DNA of 62,305 nt, the filler included, from Sphacelaria rigidula (Eukaryota): the NCBI GenBank assembly GCA_964200075.2. It is 5 parts of 5 records of this genome, joined end to end, with 100 filler letters (N's around TTAATTAATTAA, not from the genome) between each part and the next. Parts side by side here need not be neighbours in the genome. Positions count along the whole stretch, not along the records: positions 49,928 to 62,305 come from CAXNAA020003839.1; 4 more parts are not named here. One strand, written 5' to 3'. Position 1 is the first letter of the stretch. The number at the start of each line of letters is the position of its first letter. Positions 50,001 through 62,305 of this stretch are shown in pieces. The notes under the pieces are model-generated. The model ran no database searches. It was not told the origin of the DNA and saw only the letters and a program-made list of their open reading frames with translations. Both the position numbers and the translations under genes were made by a program.

Positions 50001-52204
50001 TCGAATGGATTTTGAAACAGGTATGTCCTGATCCAAATTATTGTGTGGCTCCTAATTTCAGGAGCTCGTCAATGGAAATATCTGGGCGGGGCCGAATGGT
50101 GCATCCCCTATCGTGGCATGGCTATACGGAGCTCTAGGAAAGTCTGGAAGGCGATCTACACGAATGGTGTCATCTATTTTCGTGAATATGCACTACGTGG
50201 TACATCAAAGGAACACAATGTTTGGTACATTAACGATGGACTCTTCCTTCGATACGCAAAAAAACGGCGAATGTTCAACTGGAAAAAAAATACGATAACT
50301 CCATTCAACAAAGTGTGAATACTTCAAGATTCAAGGCTTCGCGACCGATAGCAACAAGACTACGGGTCGGCCGTCTCTGGTCCTCCTTTTTCCCCATAGT
50401 ATAGAGCTAACATGACCGTGACCTAAATCTTTCCCCTGCCCCGCCCCGCCCCGCCCCGCGGAGATCGCAAGCCGAGTTGCGTGGGGAAATGCCTGCTTAC
50501 ACAACCCGAAGGCATGGCGCTCTGTTGAGGCTATCCAGGCTATATACGTGAAGCGCTTCCTGTTTCATGTTGCAAAAACGATAGTTTGATGCTTAGTGTT
50601 TTTCATATCACTCTGAGTAGGCGTTCGCAGTAAGCAGAAGCGTAGCAGAAGGTTAAGCTCATTATTGTTCAAAGAGTTTTCGAAATGCCCTGTCCTTTGT
50701 CCCCTTGCACCATCTCGTCTCTTCGTTACTTGGTCTCCTAAATATGGGCTGTTGAGATGTAGAAGTTGGAAGGGAAACTCAGATGGGAAGGAAGCAAGAC
50801 CAGAAAATACAATTGTCGAGCAAACATCAGTGATGGGTACCAAACATTATAACAATATGCAACTACCGATCAACTATCGGTCCTCCAAGTGATCACGCGA
50901 GCTAATCTTTCGGTCACCGCGCAATGCACGATAAGCTGTCAACCACACAGCAAAAAACCGACGGGAGGATAAAGTGGCTTGCAGCTTGATGGTTCGCCCG
51001 ATATTCTTGGGAAATCTGATTGGCTGATGTTCCTTGGTCGCAGGCTGACGCCATCCACGGTCCTTTGGGGCCCTGAGTTGCATCCCTAGATCCCCTTCCC
51101 CCTCGAAACTGTCTGATGACACCACACGTGGTGGAGGTTTGTCGGCGACTCAGAGCAACCTACTGATCGGAGTGTCGGCCAGTCTGGAGAATCGCGCGCC
51201 CCTTTGCGCGGTGATGTCCGACTTTGGTTGATAAACTTCCGAGATATCTCCCAAAAAGTCTGACTGAAATGCCGACATCCTCAGCGTGACGTCAGCCATG
51301 TCCAAAAGTCTCTCCGCTCCAAAGGGTCACAGGTGACGTCAGCCGTCGACCAAGGAATATCGACCAATCGGATATCCTGAGTTTTTTTTCGACTAACCGG
51401 AACACTGCTTGCTAATTTACCCTTCTGTCTGTGCACGTATAATCGGCACTTACCGAACACTTCAGACATTTTTGTTTTCATACCCGTTCGTTGCTGAATA
51501 TACCCGACGCCCATCTGTACCAATAATCCTATTCATGCTATGCTTATCCGTAATCCCGCAATGCATATGATGTATTCAGCTCTCTCACAAATACGCGCCA
51601 AACGTTAACTCGGTCGAATGCTACGGGACTCATAAACCTGCAAAGTTCACCCGAAAGAGGGTCAGTATCAACTGGTAAAGCTCTCAAGGATCTTATACCC
51701 CCCTTTATCTCGCTGAGCCAAATATAGCCGAAAAGAGGATATGAAGAAGTACTATATTGCTTCACAGGAAGGTCGGTGCGTTTTCAAGTTCACGATATGC
51801 TGAAGACGTTCCTACACTCACGTACCGGAGGAGCGCAGGAGAGCTGTTTTCCTTCCAAGCCGTGCCTGACAAAGTCCCAGTTTCCCATCCGACCCGGCAT
51901 CTTTGTCGTGCGATTCGTATCGGACGCTTTCTTTCTTACCTTCAGGCGGATCACGTCAATTTCTCGACCTGTTTTGTTGGTCGTCTCCAACTGTCCAGCT
52001 ACGAGTTCCTCAGTCATTATGCCGGGGTTATTTATGGCGGCAATGAGCATACATAGCTTTCAGGTATCTCTGATACACCGCCAGCAGTCCGCAAACCACG
52101 CAAGCACAGTGTTTTGGACTCCATCCTCGTTTGTGCCGCATCTCCATGATATCCGCAAGGCGACGCAAGGTCTTGGGGGATTGTGCGCCCCTTTATGTTT
52201 TCGT

Positions 52205-52512
52205 TATAGTTTTCAACCCCTCGACTTCCTCGGGACGAGCCCGTCGTCTCTACCGTAGGGATCAACCTATCCCTACCCCGGCGCGTGTTCGACATTTCAA
52301 TATCACTTATTGGGTTCATGACCATTAGCACCCCCGCACCGCGCCGGGTTTCGCCAGACTAAATGTCTTCGCTACCCGCGTCCTCACGCTTTGAACGACA
52401 GAATCAGAAAATTAATCTGAGAAAACAAGCGTCACTGTCGGAAGTAGAACCCACATTATTCTGCCCTACCTGATTTCAGTTGTGACGGCAAGCAAGTCAA
52501 CCGAGCCGCGGC
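52205..52512 (-). mobile_element. Diverged SINE family 2-like copy
   Basis: TTCAACCCCTCGACTTCCTCGGGACGAG..GGGATCAA body and a degenerate tRNA-like head at ~52435-52512. Confidence 0.5.
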
Positions 52513-55500
52513 AACACTTCCGCACAACTCGGGAATCGAGAGTCGAGCTGAAAGTTCTGAAGCTTTTGTACGAAAGTACAGACGTAAATAATCGTCAAGT
52601 TCATACTACTGCTGCCAAGCGCCAGGAACGATCCTCATTTACTCGGCACGACGATTCCGTACATAGTGGTGTGTCTAAATATGATCCCCTAACCAGTTTC
52701 AAGCACGTGAGTTGTGATGTTTGATTTGTATGTTTTTTCTTTCAATCTGTGACAACTAAAAGCATAACAAATATCAATTCAAAAAGCCGGGAGGAGGAGA
52801 GGGTGGTAGCTATATGCAGGGTGTGGGTGGGGTGTACTCATAACCTTGCATGCCGTAGTCGTATGACCATTGACCTCGCATCCCTACAAAGCCGGGATGG
52901 AGCACGCCGGGTTTTCGTCGGACCAGGCTCGCAATCAATCACCAATCGCGAAGCGCTGTGATGTGTTCGGCAAGCAGCATGAAGGGTGATCTGCATCCTG
53001 CTAAGATTGTTCAGCCCGAAGCATACTGATTATCTTGCATATAGGGGACAGCGTCCAGTGAGTTGCTTCATTTACTGGTATCGTCACTTCCAGATACAAC
53101 CACGACTTACACATCGCTCCATGGGCACCTCACCATTTTAAGCAATACGTACTATAGTACGATCACCCCCTTGAGCAGAACCGAGGTTCTTCCACCCCTC
53201 ACAATATGATCTAGCTCGAGCACCATCATGGTTACCGCAAGAAAAGCGCAGGCGCAAAAAACACGGAGACTTGACTGCCGAGCTTACGCAGTGAGCGGTG
53301 TCTTTTGATGCGTCGTTGCCAACAGACGCCAACCCCATGGGAAAGACATGCAGGGGGAGGATTTCGCAATATATTTGTGCAGAGAGTTCTTGCCGGAGTA
53401 CGGCCGGCGAGGGGAGGGCGCATCCATGGACGGACTCATCCATAGAAGGGTAAAATTCACAACGGCAACGTCGAGACAGCACTTGCGAAAGAGAACGCGC
53501 CAGCGAACGAGGGTACGTTTGATGAGGAGGTTCAAGAAAAACTCGGCGAGAAGAACATTGGTATTGGGGTCGGCCTCCGAGGGAGCGTTGATGGAAGGAC
53601 GACGCAACACTCGACAGGGCGGGTGGTCTGGACGTTGGACAACAAGTGTGACCGGGACACGCTGGTGGGAGAACGATAGCTTGTTCTTCTCCTTCCTACA
53701 CAGCTGTAGTCGTAAGACATATTAAAAACCTTGAAGGACAGGAAGGGATTTGGCTCAGTCGCACAGGTGCTTGCTTGTGGCGAATGATGAGGCAGCTGGA
53801 TGCCTTCCCGAGGGGGTTCTGGGAAGGTAGCAGAGAGCAACCTCTCTGCGCATGAGGAGAAGTGCCACCGGATGTGCCTGGGCCTCACGCTGCGACGTAC
53901 GGTAGTACTGGGGTGGTCCGACGGCAATATGTCGACATATAACGAAATTGTTGATTCACCTGACCGATCACATTGGGCGATGGGTGTATCCGAGGGGTGG
54001 AGCGAAGGGTCTCAGGGCGAAATCAATCATCAGACGGGGAAGTAATTGATCCTCCGTGAGTACTCTAGTGCCTGTGTTCCAAGAAATCGAGGAAAAACTG
54101 TCGATAAAGTGAACAACAGGACCTCTGTGCGGGCTCCCTTCATGATCAACAGGTGCGGGACTGAGCCGGTGGTCATCATCCTTCAGATAAACACAACGAG
54201 CGATATCACTTCACAACAAATAGAGGCACTTGTCGAAGTGACGGGGTGGCAACGGCGCGCTTTAGCATGCCGGTGAGAAGGGTCATCATGAACAGTCGCA
54301 TAGGCTTGGAGTACGATGGAGTCTACAGTATCCGCGGGGGGGTATCAACATCGCCGTGACAAAAATCAAGGGTGAAACCATTCAATTGATTACGTTCATA
54401 AAAGACTCATCGCAAAAGATCGCCATCGTCTTCGAATCCTACAACATGCAGGCATCATCTTTTTGTGGCTCCATTTCTGTTCAGCAAGAGATCGCCCCGT
54501 TGGCCAGCGTTGGTGACCTTGCGGACGGGGGCGCCGGGAGAGGAGGGGGTGGCAGTCGCGGACGTCTATACAGGAACGGGCCCGCTCGTCGAGGTCTATT
54601 TTGTGCGGAAGTTCAGGGAGCAGGGGGCAGACACGCCCGCACGTACACACAAGCGCACACGCCTGATAAGCAAGTGGGGGTGCCTCGGACAAGTCTGCGC
54701 GGGAGTCGAGGATGCCGCCCGAAGATAAATATCAACTTCTTCAGGTTACGCAGAGAAAATTGTACGTGTGCCGACGCTCCCAACTCTTGCGCGCCGCATC
54801 GGTAGCCTGCCGAAGGCTTTTCTCCGCCGTCAGAGGGCACGTGCGATGATTTAAGCATTCTCGACAGGTTTTCGTACGTCTGGCTCAGCGTCTCGCTATG
54901 TTGACGTTTGCCAAAACTTTGTAGATAGGGGGACGGAACCATATCTTAGAGTATGTTTCAGCAATCCCAGTATCGACAGTATGTACAACCAAGAGCGCGC
55001 TTGTCGAATTTATCATCCTGTCGGACGTAACGTGTCTACGCATGGTACAAGGATAGCTAACATGGCAGATGTCGCACACGAGGCTTGTGTAATTTTTAAT
55101 GGCTGTTTTTGCCTGCGTTCGCAAGTTGGTGAACCCTGTGGGTGATTCTATGGCAGGGGTGCACTTTCTAGCGCAAACGGTTTTTTCTGAGACTGAATGT
55201 TTGTCATCGACAGGCTCCTAAAGTGCAGAGCCTCAGCAAAAAAATGTGCACTCCTACGGTGGAACCACTCCTCTGTGCCCGCGCACATGGTGTGTGTAAT
55301 TTTCAAGTCTTGAAATCCCAGTCGCTCCAAAACTGCAAGATCTGAAGGAAACGTGGGGTGATTTTGCCTTCGTCACGATGCGCGAGAGAGAATATACTTC
55401 GGATTGGATGGCGCGTTGTTTGCGTCTGGGTTACTACAGTAATGCATAATTCCATGGACTACACAAGGCGGTGGATTAGCGTTCGAGAGCACGCGTGCCC

Positions 55501-56364
55501 GTTATTTGAGCACCGTGCGAAACTTTGTCGAGGAGGTGATGTGAAGGCGTGCTCGTAGGTGGAGTCAACGTCACGGTGTTTTTAGCGCCAGTTCTTTGGA
55601 AAGCCCCACCGCGAACTGCCCTCCCTTTGTGAGGCAAAAACGCCAAGCGAGGTTTTGACGAGAAGGGACCAAATCCACTCATACCCTTGAAGATCGATGG
55701 GGAACTCATACTGCAAGGCTCGTTAGGAAGAACAGTTTCACCTCAATATGGGCAAATCGAAACATGGCGATGCTCTCTCTGGAGTCTGGACAAAACATGG
55801 CGAAACACCTAATTTTGCAGGACAAGGGATAGGTTGGAGAGTACTAGAAAAATGAACCACGGCCCAAGCCACTGTACTGCCCCGTCGAGAAGAGGGTTGG
55901 TGATGTAAAGTAACAGTGAAAGTAGGTATTATTTAGTGCAAGAACCCTATTTATTCGTTCATGGTTCACGCGTGTGCCATCATGTCACATTGATTAAGTT
56001 TGAGACAAACAAATATAACCGAGTAAAACCTCCGCCCAATATTCTTCATCGAGGGAGTGAGCACAGTAGAACTGTATATCTCGTCAATTTTGGCGACTGT
56101 AGGGTACAATTATGGAGGCCTGATGCACGCTGCGGGGGGTGAGGGGGTGTATTGACAATATAGCGGGTGAAATAATTCATCAACCATTTTTACTCTCTAC
56201 GGTGATGTTCCCCTGTCCCCAGCCTGGAGGGGAATGCCCGATTTGTCAAACCTTGAAACCCCCTCTATGCACGTTAGAATGAAAACGTTGGAGTGGGGTT
56301 TCTCGCTACGTAGTGCGCCCCAATATGTACCAAAACGTTCCTAGGCCTCAGGCATTAAGATTAA

Positions 56365-57420
56365 CTGATTGAGTCATTCATTCTTTGTCGCACTTTAACT
56401 GACCCATCAGCCGTGGTCGCATGATAGACGTACCCAAGAAGAGCAAATCTGAAACACTCGCTGAAGAAAAGAAGGAACAGAAAAAAAGCAGAAGAGAACA
56501 ACATGGTAGACTACTGTAAGACGTTAAGAAAAAAAGTGAACAAATGCAAAGCACAGAAAGATAATGTAGTATGGCCGACCTAAAACAACAACAACAACAA
56601 ATGGGGGGAGAAAAGGGGGAGAAAAAAAAGGAGACAAAAATTCAAGGAATAAAACAATCATAAAAAGAAAAATACCAAGGGGTTCAGGGCAGCAGAGTAG
56701 ACTCAGACACACACCAGTGGGCAGGTGGGCACCGCAGAGCCACCGAGTAAGGACATGACCAACAATCGATATGAGCAGACAGGATTCTTCGATTGGCGGC
56801 CCTCGACGCAGCAGCCTTTCGCTTGGGACGGCAGTCTGATTCTTGTTTGTCCGCGCGTCGCCATATGTCCTCAAACTCTTCCGCTCCTTTTTCGGCTCCA
56901 ATATCCCATTCACCCATGTTCTTCGCCGCAGTGACCCAATCGTATTCATCGCTAACCCCTACACCGTAGACGAATCACTTCCACCGGGCTCCTTTGAAGC
57001 AATGCTACGGTAGGGATGCACCTATCGAGCAAAATATTGTCTGGTTCAGGGGCTCCCAACGATTCTAGATCCACAAGAATATGTGTCAGGGCATCCCCGT
57101 TTGCAAATCCATTAGGGATATCCCTAGCACATTGGAAGAGTAATCCTGGCGTACACTCACATATTTCACAAGTCGTGTTTTGGATGAGATGAAGGGCTCC
57201 TGACAATTCTAACCTCTGAAAATATTTGTACATCCCTACCGTAGCATCACTCTTTATGCGGACAGCTCCTAGCGCACGTATGTGCTCCTGTAGGGTATCC
57301 CCCCATTGCTTGGCGGGGCGGCCGGCCTCCTTGGGTCCTCGTGGGAAAAGCCGACCGTTCATGACGCGCTTAGGAAGGCGTGTGTTCTTCTGCCAGACAA
57401 GAGCTCCCGCATAAGGACGG
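56365..57420 (-). mobile_element. LINE (RTE-like) ORF2 C-terminus and 3' UTR, interrupted by a MITE
   Basis: Minus-strand RLPKRVMNGRL..GPKEAGRPAKQWGDTLQEHIRALG is a typical RTE C-terminal GRP..W motif; tail homologous to 42930-43025. Confidence 0.78.
56997..57252. mobile_element. GAG..CTC MITE (256 bp) in LINE
   Basis: AAGCAATGCTACGGTAGGGATGCAC ... GTACATCCCTACCGTAGCATCACTC; imperfect TSD TTTG/TTTA; reverse complement of 61140-61395. Confidence 0.85.
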
Positions 57421-59048
57421 CCTGAAAGTTCGGAGGGGTGCTTGGAGTTTTTTTTTTAATAAAAATCAGATTTATACTTCTCGCAGAGAGTGTTCTGTCA
57501 TTCGATTCGGACCTGCTCCGCGGGAATAGAAGAGAGCTAATGCGAAGTCGTTTGCAGGACTAGGTTCATGCAGACATGATGTACCAAGTAGCCTCTCCAA
57601 AACTCGCAGCGGTTGCCGAGAAACCCGTCCGCAAGGATGGGCAGCTTCGCTCCGGGCGCTCAAGGATTAACACGGTTTTCGTGAGATTGACCGCGTATAG
57701 CATTCGATCGAGAGTAATTTTACCAACCCTTGCGGTAAAAGGGTTAACATTCCGACAAGTTTGTCGTTGGATGTACATTAAAGAAGCGAACAAACGCCGA
57801 TCTACTGTACATTTCTTTGAAATCACGACGGATCCATACCCTACGCTCGCATTTAACGTAATACTGTAATCGATAGTATATTTTCGGAATGCACGGCATT
57901 ATGCCGACGTGTAATCATAACCTGTCCAACGTACAGCGGCGCAATGGTGGGAGGAATCTTTCGATGGTTGATATGCCCATTTCCCTTCCCTTTTCTTCTT
58001 GGTTCAACAAAACGGATCGTTCCTATTGGTGGTACTCGCCAGTGTTTCGTCCATGAATGGAAGACAAAAAACAACCATCTTCCAGCTGAAAGCTGACTCT
58101 CGATCGTAAGCAACACTCTCGATCTCACGAAACGTTGTTGATTGTGTTTGGTCTACAATCGGCGTACGGCGTGCTGCTCCAAAACTAAGCAAACAAACTA
58201 GCGATCGCTCGTTGGTTGTATAGAAGAGTTCTGAGAGATTATTATGACCTTTTTATGAGCCCTTTTTTTTCGTGGGTTTGCACAGCAGACAGAGCACGCG
58301 TCAGCAGTCGAGACGACTACATTACAGTGGCGTCCACGTAACTATCCGACACTACTGTGAAACGCAGCAGTAGTGCAGCCTTTGGTGTTGTGCGTGTGAG
58401 CCAGACAGCACATACATGTTGATCCCTATGAGAACAACTCCCTGCTGCACAACAGACTGCAGTAGAAGATAAAGCCGGTTTAGTGTGTACCGGGGGAGAG
58501 ATGGATCGATCCCCTGAGACCACGGACTTGTTCCGAGGAAGGGGAGGGTTCAAAGTGCGACAAATAAAATAATAATACATTATATATAATAAAATAGTGT
58601 ATAATGCAGTACATGCAGCACCCCTAGGGCCTATCAACATTTACACGGTCGGTTTTATGCTATTCTGAACATGCGGTCCGTGTGAGACAATTTCCAATTT
58701 CCTCTTTTGGTCACACACGCCGCATACCGTAGTATAGGTACACTTTTCTTGGGGTGGGGGTGGTAGTTTCAAATTCGAAAACACCGTCAACAGCTTTGTT
58801 TGCAGGTGGCAAAATATGTGGGTTCTTTTTCTTCTTGTTCCTCGCCTCTTTATGCCCAAAAATGCCGAAATATTGTTCGCTTTTTCCTCTAGGGTGTACT
58901 TTCCGGGAACAATATCTGACACCTGATTTGGACAGTTCTTGGCATTTGGCCGAGTTTTGTTTTTCCTGGAAAATATCAAATGGATGTGGTTATGTTGAGA
59001 AAAATACGGACCTGGAAGGTAATTTTGTTCGCTTTTTTATGCGATAGC

Positions 59049-59128
59049 TGTTAAGATGTCACAGATACCACTGAGCTGAACGGTCAGCGCTGACTGGTTA
59101 GCTCAGTAGTATCTGTGACATCTTAACA
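59049..59128. repeat. Near-perfect 80-bp palindrome (hairpin)
   Basis: TGTTAAGATGTCACAGATACCACTGAGCT..GTCAGC|GCTGAC..AGCTCAGTAGTATCTGTGACATCTTAACA; a third arm copy at ~59182-59220. Confidence 0.85.
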
Positions 59129-61098
59129 AGAGCTAATCGCGGGGCCTTTCCGGCTGTTAAGCTATCGGGCCCAGTTCCACGCTGACTATTTAGTTCAGTG
59201 GTATCTGTGACAGCTTAAGAACAGCCAATCAATTATTTCACCGACCGTAGAATGCGGGAATCGCTTCCTTTCATCAATAATACCCCGCGGGATTTTTTTT
59301 TCTTCAGAAAAACGAAATTTCACGAGATCTCGTGCAATTGGTTTTGCCCCCGAGTGAAATACCCCCGACCCCCCGCCCCCCCTACGCGCGCGCACATACA
59401 CACCAGTGCTGCCGTGAGCGGGAAAATGCATGGTCTGCGGGGCTCGAATGATGCACGAGAAGAGAAGAATACTCGCAAAAGGGCGGATCTATCCAATATG
59501 GGCTTTTTTTCCCATTTCGGGGTAATTTCGGGGTAACTTTGGCCCAAAATGTTGCATTTTCCTAAAACGAAACTCAGCGGCTACAAATCTAGCTCGACGC
59601 CGCCGTCACGGCTACTGTATTGTTGTTCCACTTTTCAATTACTTTTTTCCCTAAAGCTAGGACAAAAAACAGAAATAAAAAATGCCTACAGGCACCGCAC
59701 ACCACTCCACCCTAGAGCGACCACAAGCGACAAGGTATACTTCTTTTCCTAGTTACTGCCCAACAGCCATAAGGGCACCAGTGAATGTGGATACTAGCAT
59801 GTACAAGGGAAACATTCCTACAGTTATCCGTCGACGACTCATCAGATTTTCATATTTACGACGCGACGAAATATGTCTCAACGGGAAGTCTCGCATTCGA
59901 ATCTAAGCCCAGATCAGCGCAGGAAATAAAACGTATTTCCAAGTCATGAACTCGGTGAGGGGAAAGAGAAGTAGAGCGTGATTGGCAAGCAGAGTTCACC
60001 AACTCCTGGGCAAGTCTTGTGCGAATACTGCTGACTTAGCCATCCAACGCACGCCAGAGACGCGTGCGAAGGTGCGCAAACGCCTCCTCAACGCCAGCCA
60101 GTGAAAAAGAGAAAGTTTACGAAGATCTTCTCATCGAAGAACGTACGAAGAGACTCATAGGGGGGGGAGCGGTGATGTGAATACCATCATATGTACAAGA
60201 AGTATTGCCATACACAAGGAGTTTCCGTTGAGAACTTACCACCTCTTCACACAAACCCCTTTGTAATTCTTAATAATCATATACTCACGCTGGTGCTATA
60301 TTTTATCGGCGCACACAGTTTTATTCGGTCACTGCCTGAAACTAATATACCGGGTCACAATTGCCAGATACTCTTTTAACTGAAAACGAAAACAGTGCTT
60401 TTATATGCACCTGTCGATCACGCAAGGAAACCCGTACTCACGGCTTGGTAGCCTGTCTGTGTAGTATCTAGCTTGATGCTCTCTCACTCATATCAAGTCA
60501 GTATATGCAAGGCTTACCGGTGACTGAGCACGGAGGGAGAAGCACCCTGGATATCACTTCATCACGGACGATAGTGATCGAGGCGCCGCGAAAAGAGGCG
60601 CAGGAGCACTATAACGAATGCTCGGTGTGCGCTCCAAAACAAACGCGTCATTTTGCGGCGTGGTAATCAACAAACACCTAGATCCATGCTATCTGCGGTT
60701 GCACAGTAGTCACGGCCTATTGAAACAGTGTTTACGAGAACGCTCTGCACCACCCAGGTTGTTGACTGCGTGTAGAAACGGACGGGGTGAAGTCACACAA
60801 ACTCTCGCATGCTGAGTACAAAGCCCATAGTTGCCCATGATATACGGTACGGGTTGAAACAAGTTTCATCTACAAGGCTCCGTTGTCTACCGTTTGCTTG
60901 GGCGTACGCTGATGAGATGGGGCACCTGAATCTGACGTTCTTGCAAGTGGGATCTCTGTCGTTTCTACAGATGGGCACCCCTGGATGACTAAGACGAGTT
61001 TTTTCAGGGGTTTCTTCGGTGTTTTCACTGCAGGAAAAAAAAACACGACCCACTGCGGTATTTGGATATCGTCCGTTGTACCGCACTGTGTGTGGTGT

Positions 61099-61711
61099 TG
61101 TGTTGTCATCCCATCTATTCTGGATGCCAGTGTACACCTGAGTGACGCTTCGGTAGGGATGCACAAATATTTTCTGAGGTTAGAATCGTTAGGAGCCTTC
61201 CATCTCATCCAAATAGCGACTTATGAAATATGTGAAAGCACGCCAGAAATACTATTCCAATGTGCTAAGGATATCCCGAATGAATTTGCAAACGGGTTTA
61301 CCCTGACCCATATTCTTGTGAATCTAGAATCGTTAGGAGCCCCTGAACCAGACGATATTCTGTGCAAAAAGTGCATCCATACCGTGGCATTGCTCACCTT
61401 TCGGTATATGTTGGCGCATCACCCGGGGTCACACAGAAGGAAGGCCAACATAGGATTTTTTATTTTTGATCTTGTTTTAGCACCCCAGTTTCCTTCTGCG
61501 GTGCTTGTCTTATTTATTTTGTTATCGCGAGGGGGGTTCAGCAGTCACTTTCCCTCGTCGACCGTGCAGTCGATTTTTGTGCACCCAGGACATAGTTTCT
61601 GTCCACTGTTGGGCATGGTGTGATGAAAAATACCAGATCGTGTGACTGCACCGAGGTTCGAACCCACGACCCAACCGTCAGAAGGTTTCGAGGTTACCAA
61701 CTAAGCCAGGG
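61099..61711 (-). mobile_element. SINE family 1 copy interrupted by a MITE
   Basis: Body and head (GGTTCGAACCCACGACCCAACCGTCAGAAGGTTTCGAGGTTACC) homologous to 28731-29084. Confidence 0.8.
61140..61395. mobile_element. GAG..CTC MITE (256 bp) with ACCT TSD
   Basis: ACCT|GAGTGACGCTTCGGTAGGGATGCAC ... GTGCATCCATACCGTGGCATTGCTC|ACCT. Confidence 0.9.
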
Positions 61712-62305
61712 ACCATGAACCGCTATATATGACGTAGAAGTTCGTGCTTCCCATTCCCGACGCGGAACATACCACGGATTACGATTGTCGCGCTGTCGTT
61801 AACCGTGATTCACCGAAACCTCGTAAAAAACCGTGGAACACTCGTACCATTCGTCGAGCAGTAAGAATAGAAACAGAAAATCGCATAGACACTCTCCTCA
61901 AACGTATTGGTAAGCACACGCTGAAACTCCAAGGACGGGACACACCTCTCTGATATCGGCGAAGTTATGGGTTCGAACCTGACGACGTCGTTCTTTGATT
62001 TTTTTCGATTTTCCGTTCGACTCTTTTGATAATTTTGTTTGTTTTTGTTTCAGAATCTGGTGTGTGGGTTTACTGTTGACTCTCGTGCGTGCTGCCTTCA
62101 TTAATTTCTGCCTGTATTACATTTTTGTATAACATGGTATCCTTTCCCACTTTCTCGTATTCTGTACTTGAGTGTTTAGGTTGTGTTGGACAAAGAGTGA
62201 TGCCGCGGTAGCACTAAAACAAAACAAAAAATGAAAAAAAAAACTCCTGTGTTGGCCTTCCTCCTGTGTGACCCCGGCTGGTGCGCCCACATATACCGAA
62301 AGGTG

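Noticed and set aside
50043..52050. Short ORFs as viral or transposase genes
   Set aside because: Fragmented, with no identifiable motifs; cannot be supported without a search
60985..61623. 212-aa ORF similar to the ORF at 56952-57362
   Set aside because: The similarity comes from two copies of the same non-coding MITE; the ORF spans SINE/MITE junctions

Overview
This is eukaryotic DNA, most likely from a brown alga (Phaeophyceae) or related stramenopile. That assignment is inferred from intron style, repeat families and an intron-rich IFT70 gene. The window is not one locus. It is five contigs of 12383, 12382, 12381, 12381 and 12378 bp (length-sorted), joined by identical N44-TTAATTAATTAA-N44 spacers. 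Contig 1 is a nest of decayed retroelements: a LINE fragment plus two Ty3/gypsy elements, one with RT-RNaseH-integrase-chromodomain, an extra C-terminal domain and a 3' LTR. Contig 2 carries 12 in-phase exons (503 codons) of the intraflagellar transport gene IFT70/TTC30, including two GC-AG introns, and a tRNA-His-like element. Contig 3 is dominated by a 6.5-kb PIF/Harbinger-like foldback element with ~890-bp inverted arms and four levels of nested insertions. Contigs 4 and 5 are mostly LINE, SINE and MITE remnants with a few isolated exons. I found no convincing wholly new enzymatic system. The best leads are the second Royal-family-like domain after the gypsy chromodomain, the GAG..CTC/4-bp-TSD (Sola-like) MITE family, a palindrome shared by MITEs of different superfamilies, and the nested foldback element.
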